The notes under the pieces were generated by a model. The model saw nothing but the letters and a program-made list of their open reading frames with translations. It was not told the origin of the DNA and did no database searches. The translations under genes were made by a program, and so were the position numbers. A stretch of DNA of 64,000 bases from Veleropilina oligotropha (Eukaryota): the NCBI GenBank assembly GCA_048128005.1, contig JBEUKZ010000078.1, positions 1 through 64,000 of the forward strand, given 5' to 3'. Positions 13,914-24,742 of this stretch are shown piece after piece; the stretch's first letter is position 1, and each line of letters opens with the position of its first letter.

Positions 13914-13988
13914 CTGCCCCTGTCGCTTCCCCGGATGTAGATGGCGCCGCAGAAGTTGTTGCGATGTTGATCACAGCCCTTACAGCCG
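13914..13988 (-). CDS. CHFR: Putative CHFR exon: (A)AVRAVINIATTSAAPSTSGEATGA
   Basis: tttttgaag (AAG) acceptor and gtaacc donor; symmetric phase 1-1; APSTS resembles the vertebrate linker. Confidence 0.7.
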
Positions 13989-14050
13989 CTTCAAAAAGTA
14001 TAAACACATCACATTCGATGAACGTACTCAGAGATAACTCAACAAAAGAA

Positions 14051-15726
14051 TTGTAGAATAGATTGTTCATGGCCCTAAAGGATGATATTGTAGGTATTTT
14101 TTACTTACTTTTAGAACTTTTTTTTTAAACTAAAATTTCCCGACGTTTCGACCATTATCGAATAGCCTCGGTCACGTGATGTTTGCTCTTGCGTAACTGC
14201 TACGCGCCACTCCGTGTCGATTGATAACACCAAGGTTTTGACCAGGGAGGAGAACTGGATCAAACACAAAATCAAAGAGTCGGCCTGTTCAGGATGGATA
14301 GCGCTCACTTGCGTACTTGGATACTGGCGATTCTAAACGGAAGCAAGTGCTAGAGCTTGTTTCAAAATGGCGACCTTCATTTACAAAGAAGGTTCGCTAC
14401 AAGTGTTGATCGGCACACAGTGATCTAATATTAGGAAATAATATCATGTATTACCTTTGTCTCCGGAGGAGAGGCGAGGGCATTGCATTCGACTCCGTAT
14501 GTACAAAATGTTCTTGAGATTAGAGGCCAATGACAACATGAATTATATAAAATCTATCTCACACAAAATGGTTGCCAGGGGGATTTAAAATTTTTAAAAT
14601 ATGGGGTCAATTTCTAATTTCGCCAAATCTAATTAAATTATGTACATTCATGCAAATAGTCATGATGAAATTATATTGATATCAGCAAAAATATTTAGAA
14701 AATAATGTGAAATTTATAAGCACTTTAGAAATCAACCAAAGCAAATTTATTGCAAATATATGCCGTAAATCTGTAACCACTGAAACCAGACACCTCAAAT
14801 TTTACCAGCAAATTTATTGCAAATATATGCCGTAAATCTGTAACCACTGAAACCAGACACCTCAAATTTTACCAAGTGACAGAGTAGGACATTATCTACA
14901 ACTCTTATCGATATACTTTGTGTTTGAGTGAATTTGTAGCAATAATTTTTGTTCCAAAGTCAAAATCGTCGAGTCGTTGCGATATTTGTGATAGCTCTTT
15001 AAATATTGCTATTGCAGTGATATAATTTACACCATTAAGCAAGGTTACCGTAATCTATCTTACCCGTAGTAAGTAGACTGTCAGTATTGCGCAAACGGTT
15101 AAGGCGTTGGCGAGAGATCTAGAGGCCAGGGGTTCGAATCCCTTTACCTCCAAAAAAAAAAATATATATTTTGATTTAAAATTTGTTAGTCCTTATCTCT
15201 TTATAATTTGTGATTACATTTTATGATTGCAATTCATGTTTAGAAATATTGATCGTAGACATTTCTGACTTTCACCATCGTATTCCTTGGCCCTGTGGCA
15301 AGGGTTTGGAATTTCCTCTGATTGCTCTTGCTGCTAATTTATTAATATTCAACGCCTTATTTCACTTGAAATGATCAAGAACACTTTGTGAAACAAAGAT
15401 ACTGTAAACTTTTATGCTATTGTCATTTATCAAATTTTAGCCTGCATTAGACGCCATCTTGGATATGCAGGCGAACTGCTCCGAGTGTAGGTATGCGGGC
15501 GCATTGGCGAGCACTCTGTTCAGAAGCTAGCGCTTGCGAGTGCTATCGATCTTGAACAGGCCGCCGGGATATCAGCTGCCCGCCATCTACCGCTAGGTGC
15601 TCAACACGATTCCTGAGCAGCAGTTACGCAAGAGCAAACATCACGTGAACAAGGCCATTCGATAATGTCCGAAACGTCAGGAAATTTCAAAAAAAAGTTC
15701 TAAAAGTAAGTAAAAAATACCTACAA
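14051..15726 (+). mobile_element. 5'-truncated Penelope-like element with inverted pseudo-LTRs
   Basis: Inverted repeats 14087-14201 and 15619-15727; 12-bp TSD tcaacaaaagaa (14039-14050, 15727-15738); GIY-YIG C-terminal remnants IDNTKVLTREENWIKHKIKES and PGYQLPAIY. Confidence 0.8.
14281..15563. mobile_element. Non-autonomous TIR element inserted into the Penelope remnant
   Basis: TIRs cggcctgttcaggatggatagcgctc / gagtgctatcgatcttgaacaggccg split the endonuclease remnant; internal 67-bp tandem duplication near 14741-14874. Confidence 0.75.
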
Positions 15727-16505
15727 TCAACAAAAGAAATCGATATGTGGTCAGACATGGGCATGAAATCATGCATTTATACATAATATATTTGGCCACA
15801 TTACCTTTCTGCCATCAAAAAGTATGTCACAATTGAATCACTAAACTTGAATGATTGACGTATATTGATGTTGGGTGCATTGGAGACGACACCATAAATT
15901 TGCAAACAAATCATGCCTTGACCTTGGATGAGGGAGTTGCCTTGAGCAAAGAAGTAAAGATATTATGTCCGAGTCACAAAGACCAGTTACATTGATTTGA
16001 ATTATATCGATGCTTAAAGTCCTGTATATTTATAAACATCAGGTTCAAAGCAGGACATGTCCATAATTTTGCGGGAGGAAAGATGGTTTTACAGGGAAAC
16101 TGCCCTGTCTGACCAGTTACAGACAACTGCGATTTTTAACTGAACAAATAATGTCAATCTCCCAACCAAGATTAAAACCCACTACTGATCGTGTCAGCGG
16201 AATCAAGCCAGTGATTTCAGTCTGCAACCGAAACCACACATTTGTCGGAGCAGCCACAAGTTACAACGGGCTTCTGGTATACTTTGATTGTCACTACCCA
16301 GTTAATAATAACTAAATGTAGAGTAGATTATTCAAATCTACGCAGCAGTCATTTTCATTAATATGAGTAAATTTAAATTTGGAACAACGCTGTAACTCAC
16401 TCGAAGTCTGAAGCAGGCAGATATCCTTGGAATCTTCTCACCACTCCATATTAAATTAAAGCATAATTTGTATGTGAATTATGAAATCATCATCTTGACT
16501 CATAC

Positions 16506-16591
16506 CTGTTACGAAGCGACCAAAACCTCCTGTAGCCGGAGCCTTGTTTCCCTGGTAGTTTGGACACTGACGGCAGATTGTAGGTGGCGGT
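16506..16591 (-). CDS. CHFR: CHFR exon: PPPTICRQCPNYQGNKAPATGGFGRFVT
   Basis: atttag/gtatga; CRQCPxY marks the start of the CHFR cysteine-rich domain. Confidence 0.92.
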
Positions 16592-16762
16592 CTAAATTTG
16601 AAAAAGATACAATGCTCATGAAAAAGAACATACGTAATAGTATTAAATAGCTCAATCATGGAAAATTGTTCATTTGATGACAGCATATAACTACAATAAT
16701 TCATATGACTAATTATAACTTTGCATTGCAATTAAAAATATATGGTTGATTGATTTGTATAT

Positions 16763-16908
16763 AGAGGATCTAAAACAAGTTTCCATTTCATATGAGAATT
16801 ATGAAACGAGTCGGGCACAATTTATGTACCGAGCCTTGGCGAGGTACATAAATTTGCTAACGAGTTTCATAATTCTCATATGAAATCGAAACGATTTGGA
16901 GATCTTCT
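16763..16908. repeat. Long imperfect palindrome, possibly the end of a Crypton-like element extending to about 17280
   Basis: 16785-16807 pairs exactly with 16864-16886, plus inner arm aatttatgtacc/ggtacataaatt. Confidence 0.7.
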
Positions 16909-17514
16909 TTATCACATGACTTTATTTATCTTTAAACTTATTTTTTTACGTTTTTAAATTGATTTCTGTCAGTATTTTCATTCATAAAATGGCCTGCCTC
17001 AGACGCATCATGCCTTGACAGCACGTGCCACGCCAAAATACACACGTATGCCAATAAAACTAGTCCGGTAATTGTTACTAGCTCAGACGTCGTTGTTTTG
17101 TCAGCAGAGGACAAGTCAACGCGTATGAATTATTCAATATGTTAATTAGAGTGATGCGGCAGATGCGACTACGGATGGCAACATGATCACCCTCATTTGC
17201 ATAGTTATGTACTTATTAATATAGAAATTATGAAATGGGTTTAGCCGTTGCATAACACCTTTAATTTGTCATGTGATAAGATTGTTTATTACCCCTTTAA
17301 CACCTAATAGTTACAATTGCATTTTATTTTACATATTTCAAACGTACAAATACATTTATAATATAAAATTATGAGTTGGTTTAGTCAAAACAGATAGAGA
17401 TGCCAACCAGCATTGCAAAGTAAATCATAAAGACATCATGCCTGTAAACAATCTTATAATTACCTAACGTAGATAATTGTATTATTAAATCAACACAGAC
17501 AAGAAGCACAATAC

Positions 17515-17556
17515 CTGTACACATGGCCAAACAAACCTGCATCCGGAAAGGGATGT
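17515..17556 (-). CDS. CHFR: Putative 42-nt CHFR exon: (I)HPFPDAGLFGHVY(R)
   Basis: ctttcag/gtattg; symmetric phase 2-2 and open in frame; no conserved motif, and the frame does not require it. Confidence 0.55.
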
Positions 17557-17682
17557 CTGAAAGGCGACCAAAGGAAACAACATGTATACATATTCAAGAT
17601 GTAATTGGTATCATTATTTACAAAATTTATATTGCGGCTTTATTATTGCGCTTATTATAGTAATTTAAGCACATGATCATGT

Positions 17683-17913
17683 GGCCACTTCGGCAGCGCA
17701 GTGGGTAAGAGTGTCCACTCAAAATTCACTGGCTTGATTCCGCTAATGCGAACATTAGTGGGTTCAATACCTGGCTGAGGCTTTGACTATTTGTTCAAGT
17801 TATGAATCACAGTTGTCCGCGACTGGCCGAAGAGGGCGGGTTTACCCGGGCGACCGGGGTTTCCTCCCGCGATAACACGGACATGTCCTGGACATTAAGC
17901 ATCATTCACCCTC
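17683..17913 (+). mobile_element. tRNA-derived SINE, same family
   Basis: Head ggccacttcggcagcgcagtgg, B-box-like ggttcaatacc; 13-bp TSD cacatgatcatgt. Confidence 0.85.
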
Positions 17914-19022
17914 CACATGATCATGTCCGGAAAACATTATTTATCTCAAAATGCACACATGAATAATTTATAATCAATCTTGGTGAAGATAATGATTATT
18001 AGTAGTCTTTGTAATGATGGACACAGTTATGGCCGACAGCTATCAGTGTGTGGAGTTGGAAAATCCAATATTGTTCCTTCTTGTTCCTTATTTTTATTAA
18101 CGACAGACGATAAATTATGTCAAAGGAAAGTGAACCCTTTAATAGGATTGCGATCAGAGTTGACCTCAACGACGGAGTTGCTCTGGGCGATGTCGAGTGT
18201 AACATCACTCTCTAGTATGAGGCTCATGTCACTGTATTCCGTACGACGTGTCCTCTGTTTGTAGAGCGGACATGTCAAATTTACATAATTCAAGGGCGTT
18301 CCGATGACGTTGTCTATCGAACTTGACCTAGATATTATCGGTAAAAATATCTTTACCAAGTTTTATCCCGATTGGATGAAAATTACTCCAGTTATTGAGC
18401 GGACAACTTATATCCGCCCGCCCAACGTCCACGTTGGTGAAATCATATTTATTTAAGACGTCCCATAAACGGGTGTATAAAAATAGTTGGTCGCAATGCC
18501 ACCATACAGCTCGCCTGTTCTGCAATTTTGGAAATAAAGCTGTTTTCCATACATGCTTGTATTAAAATATATTCAGATTTTTAAATAGTAAAGGTGGGGG
18601 GTTAGAGCTCCCACAACTTCACAATTACCTCCCTGGTCATGGGTCGGTTTTCACTGGTTATACCATCAACTTTGAAAAATGTAATGACTTTACACTCTCT
18701 GCAACGGAGACAGCAGAGAATTTGGGAAGAATCACCAGTACACTTATGGATCATCTAAATAATTCTACAATGATGCAAACATTATCTCCAGATATATATA
18801 GTTTCTTAACTATAAGAGCGATGGTGCCCTCAATCAACTTGCTGTGTTGTGACCACCTTGCGTGGATTGGACTCTCGTCAAAAGACACCACAGGGTTATC
18901 AGTCACCTTCGCGGTAGGCCATAACAGGCGCAATTGAGGCTTTCACCGAAAAAGTGAAGCTTTCAACCATAGTTGTTAAACATGACAATAAGCCGAAATA
19001 AAACTTACAAACTGTGATTAGT

Positions 19023-19440
19023 AATCTTAATATAATGGAGCTATAATTGTATGTGTGTGTGTCTGTTTCAAGTTGAACTCCTCCCAGACGCTTTGACCTA
19101 GGACCTTCAAACTTTGGGGGGTTAATCGGGGTCCCCCAAGGAAGGTTTACCACGAAAAAAATTCGGAAAATTCGGGAAAAAAAAAAAATCTTACTATAAT
19201 GGACCTATAATTGTATGTGTGTGTGTCTGTTTCAAGTTGAACTCCTCCCAGACGCTTTGACCTAGGACCTTCAAACTTTGGGGGGTTAATCGGGGTCCCC
19301 CAAGGAAGGTTTACCACGAAAAAAATTCGGAAAATTCGGGAAAAAAAATATATATTTAAGGGAGCACTATCCAAAAAAAAAAAAAAAAAAAAATTGGGGT
19401 GGGGGGACTTGCCCGGCGAAGACGGGTACCATAGCTAGTA
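19023..19440 (+). repeat. ~165-bp tandem duplication within a probable Helitron/HINE-like element
   Basis: Two near-identical units starting at 19023 and 19187 with (TG)n; cccggc...gacggg hairpin and ctagt end. Confidence 0.65.
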
Positions 19441-20557
19441 TTATGAATAAACATAAATCAACATTTAAACACAATCTCTGACATAATCAATAAAAACATA
19501 CTTGTATTGCATAACAACATTTCATAAATAGGAAAAAAGTTTCAAAGCAATATTTGTGAAAAATTGATATGATTGGTGCTTCCAAGTCATTCCGGATTTC
19601 ATCTCCACACGTCCCCTTTAATTTATACAAAATCCCAAGTATCGCACATTCCACCTCTTTTAAATCAGAAAGATTGCTGTACAATTGCAAAAATACCTTA
19701 TCCGTCATGTTATAATCTGAAAGGAAATTTGTCATTAATTCATGCACTTAACCTATAATTTAAAGTTCATGTCTTGGCATTAAATGCACATTTGCAATAC
19801 ATAACATGTGTTTTGCAGAGTTTCCATTGATATTGAATGCCCAACATGATTATAAAATGCAAAAAACATTTTCGAAAGGATGCTGACATCATGTGTGGAA
19901 AGCTAATACACATGTAATAGCAAGTAGTGATTTATGATAGTTAGTTGTAATGTAATATAATGTAGAGGTAACAACACAGAAGATGAATAAAATGGATAAT
20001 ATACACCATTATCAGTAGTTAAAACCCAATGTCATTTTAAAAAAAATGAGAAATTAATCAATGACCAGCTTCAAGTAATGTGCATCAGTACATATGACGT
20101 AGCATGCGTCCATTTGATGTTGCAAGACATGGACTTTAAGTGTGAACTACAAGATATCATAGATGTAGGAGATGACATATTCTCCTTGAATAAATCATGC
20201 ACTCTCAGACAACCTGATGCATGATTATACCCCCCACCTATTATATGTAAATGTATTACTTGACTGAGTGGTAAGAGCATGTAACTCCGGTTGCAAAGTT
20301 CTGAGTTCGCCCCGCTCTCAAAGGGAGTTGAAATGATGTAACAGACCAACAGCTAGGGATGTAACTTGCAAGTTGAACAAGACTATAAACCTGCACCTTT
20401 AAAGCATTTAACATAGAATACAATTAAAACTTCCTAATCAATATTCATAAGAAATTTTAAATGTTGCTGAAAGTGAAATATTTGTGTCATAAATGAAAGT
20501 CATGCATAAATATTTCTGGCAGCAAAAATAGAACCTTCGACTCGAACAACAATCTAA

Positions 20558-23500
20558 ATTAAAGCTGCAAGCAGCTGTACAGCGCTTCGCACTAATCATA
20601 GCAATTTTTTTTTTTTTTTGAAATTTTAAAAAATAAAAATTTCCATTTAAATTTTATTAATATATGCATATGGCCACTCTTAAGCAAATGCCGCAAATTT
20701 CAGATCGACTTGGCCATTTTCCGACCATTTTCTGACGAAAATATGTCGTTTTCCTTAATTAGGTCATTTTCTGCAATGTAGGTCAACTGAGGTCAAAGGT
20801 CAAGGTCACATGTGAAAGATCAACCATGACTTCCCATAGGGTCCCCATAGTAACTATGTGTCCACGGTGCATCCTTGTTGATATATTGCCACTGCTAACA
20901 AATGCTTTAATGGCCGCCGAGGCACTTCCTGTTTTTTAATTTTATCTTGGAAATTTGGTAAATAGCGACTACGCACGTCAATAGGAGTTCATTTTACCCA
21001 CTATGGGCAAGCATATATGCATTTTTCCTTAAATAGGTCATTTTTCGCAATGTAGGTCAACTGAGGTCAAAGGTCAAGGTCACATTTGAAAGCCCAACCA
21101 TGACTTCCCATAGGCTCCCCATAGTAACTATGTGTCCACGGCGCATCATTGTTGATATATTGCCACTTGAAAGAAAAGCTTTAATGGCCGTCGAGGCACT
21201 TCCTGTTTTTCAATTTTATCTTGTAAATTTGGTAAATGTTGACTACACACGTCAATAGGAGTTCATTTCATGCACTATAGGCCCACATATATGCATTTTT
21301 CCTTAATTAGGTCATTTCCTGCAATGTAGGTCAACTGAGGTCAAAGGTCAAGGTCAAATTTGAAAGCCCAACCATGACTTCCCATAGGCTCCCCATAGTA
21401 ACCATGGGTCTACGGTGCATCATTTTCAAGATATAGCCATTTTAAATTGATTTCGCTATTTAAATGTGCGACGCAATCTTCAGACGCACGCAGCGGCCTC
21501 CTTTTACGACCGATCGATTTTTCGCTTGCAATTTAACTTCCCATTAGTACGTCAATCATATCTGGAAAGTCTTCCCTCGCTGTCATTGGCGGTTTTTGAG
21601 AAGAAGATTTTTTAAAAAGAGGTTAAAATTTTAATTAATCTAAAATAGCTCCCGAACGCTGGGACCCATGATGTCAAAATTTTGCGATGCACTGCTTCGC
21701 GTTTGTACCCATGTTTCGTGAAAGTTTGAAAAGCTTGACCAAAGCAGTTTTTGAGTTACAGCTTCAAGGAAAAAGGGGAGAAAATAAATAATAATAATAA
21801 TTAAAGCTGCAAGCAGCTGTACAGGGCTTCAAGCTGATCGCGTCCTATCGCTTGCAGCCATTTTTTTTTTTTTTTTTTTTTAACTTTTAAATTTAATTTT
21901 TAAATATTTTAATTTTTTTCCTTAGAATTTTATTAATATATACACTGAATCGAATGCCGCAAATTTCAGGTCTGTACGCCACGTAGGTCTCCAGTTCTGG
22001 CCTTTTTAAGGAAAATGTGGTAGCCATTTTTTTTTTTTTTCGAATTTTTTTATTATCCTAATTTAAAATATCTAAGCTCTAGCATCAATATTAACAGAGT
22101 TTGCCATTTCCTGACCATTTTCTGGCGGAAATATGTCGTTTTCCTTTATTAGGTCATTTCCTGCAATGTAGGTCAACTGAGGTCAAAGGTCAAGGTCACA
22201 TGTGAAAGATCAACCATGACTTCCCATAGGGTCCCCATAGTAACTATGTGTCCACGGTGCATCCTTGGTGATATATTTCCACTTCTAACAAATGCTTTAA
22301 TGGATGCCGAGGCACTTCCTGTTTTTAATTTTATCTTGGAAATTTGGTAAATAGCGACTACGCACGTCAATAGGAGTTCATTTTAGCCACTATGGGCAAG
22401 CATATATGCATTTTTTCTTAAATAGGTCATTTTTCGCAATGTAGGTCAACTGAGGTCAAAGGTCAAGGTCACATTTGAAAGCCCAACCATGACTTCCCAT
22501 AGGCTCCCCATAGTAACTATGTGTCCACGGCGCATCATTGTTGATATATTGCCACTTGAAATAAAAGCTTTAATGGCGGTCGAGCCACTTCCTGTTTTTC
22601 AATTTTATCTTGTAAATTTGGTAAATGTTGACTACACACGTCAATAGGAGTTCATTTCATGCACTATAGGCCCACATATATGCATTTTTCCTTAATTAGG
22701 CCATTTCCTGCAATGTAGGTCAACTGAGGTCAAAGGTCAAGGTCAAATTTGAAAGCCCAACCATGACTTCCCATAGGCTCCCCATAGTAACCATGGGTCT
22801 ACGGTGCATCATTTTCACGATATAGCCATTTTAAATTGATTTAAATTTTTAAATGCGCGCCGCAATCTTCAGACGCACGCAGCGGCCTCCTTTTACGACC
22901 GATCGATTTGTCGCTTGCAATTTAACTTCCCCTTAGTACGTCAATCATATCTGGAAAGTCTTCCCTCGCTGTCATTGGCGGTTTTTGAGAAGAAGATTTT
23001 TTTAAAGTTTTAATATATTCAAAATGGCGGCCAAACCGCAATTCCTAGACAGTACGTTAAGGACGCGGCACAACTTCACTAATGCACCTATAAGCCTGCA
23101 AAATTTTATTGCTGTAGCTCTGGCAGTTTTTGAGTTATCGCTGTCACAAAATCGTGGAGAAAATAATAAATCATAATAATAATTAAAGCTGCAAGCAGCT
23201 GTACAGGGCTTCAAGCTGATCGCGTCCTATCGCTTGCAGCCATTTTTTTTTTTTTTTTTTTTTTTTTAACTTTTAAATTTAATTTTTAAATATTTTAATT
23301 TTTTTCCTTAGAATTTTATTAATATATACACTGAATCGAATGCCGCAAATTTCAGGTCTGTACGCCACGTAGGTCTCCAGTTCTGGCCTTTTTAAGGAAA
23401 ATGTGGTAGCCATTTTTTTTTTTTTTGAATTTTTTTATTATCCTAATTTAAAATATCTAAGCTCTAGCATCAATATTAACAGAGTTTGCCATTTCCTGAC

Positions 23501-24742
23501 CATTTTCTGGCAAACATGTCTTTTTCTGGCGGAAATATGTCGTTTTCCTTAATTAGGTCATTTCCTGCAATGTAGGTCAACTGAGGTCAAAGGTCAAGGT
23601 CACATGTGAAAGATCAACCATGACTTCCCATAGGGTCCCCATAGTAACTATGTGTCCACGGTGCATCCTTGTTGATATATTTCCACTTCTAACAAATGCT
23701 TTAATGGCCGCCGAGGCACTTCCTGTTTTTAATTTTATCTTGGAAATTTGGTAAATAGCGACTACGCACGTCAATAGGAGTTCATTTTAGCCACTATGGG
23801 CAAGCATATATGCATTTTTCCTTAAATAGGTCATTTTTCGCAATGTAGGTCAACTGAGGTCAAAGGTCAAGGTCACATTTGAAAGCCCAACCATGACTTC
23901 CCATAGGCTCCCCATAGTAACTATGTGTCCACGGCGCATCATTGTTGATATATTGCCACTTGAAATAAAAGCTTTAATGGCGGTCGAGCCACTTCCTGTT
24001 TTTCAATTTTATCTTGTAAATTTGGTAAATGTTGACTACACACGTCAATAGGAGTTCATTTCATGCACTATAGGCCCACATATATGCATTTTTTCCTTAA
24101 TTATGCCATTTCCTGCAATGTAGGTCAACTGAGGTCAAAGGTCAAGGTCAAATTTGAAAGCCCAACCATGACTTCCCATAGGCTCCCCATAGTAACCATG
24201 GGTCTACGGTGCATCATTTTCACGATATAGCCATTTTAAATTGATTTAAATTTTTAAATGCGCACCGCAATATTCAGACGCACGCAGCGGCCTCCTTTTA
24301 CGACCGATCGATTTGTCGCTTGCAATTTAACTTTCCCTTAGTACGTCAATCATATCTGGAAAGTCTTCCCTCGCTGTCATTGGCAGTTTTTGAGAAGAAG
24401 ATTTTTTTTAAGTTTTAATATATTCAAAATGGCGGCCAAACCGCAATTCCTAGACAGTACGTTAAGGACGCGGCACAACTTCACTAATGCACCTATAAGC
24501 CTGCAAAATTTTATTGCTGTAGCTCTGGCAGTTTTTGAGTTATCGCTGTCACAAAATCGTGGAGAAAATAATAAATCAGAATAATAATAATTCGTAGAAT
24601 AACAATAGGGCTTCAAGCCTGAAAGCTTGAAGCCCTAATAATTCGTAGAATAACAATAGGGCTTCAAGCCTCAAAGCTTGAAGCCCTAATAATAATTCCT
24701 ACAATAACAATAGTGCTTCGCGCTTAAGCTGCGAAGCACTAA
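20558..24742 (-). mobile_element. Three nested Helentron-associated (HINE/DINE-1-like) elements with ~270-bp internal tandem repeats
   Basis: Three hairpin ends aaagctgcaagcagct plus subTIR (about 20560, 21803, 23185) and three stacked palindromic ends (about 24598-24742) next to (AAT)n tracts. Confidence 0.8.

Noticed and set aside
15085..15150. tRNA gene candidate (ggttcgaatccc); similar pieces near 34165-34235 and in SINE heads
   Set aside because: No complete cloverleaf; these are tRNA-derived repeat fragments.
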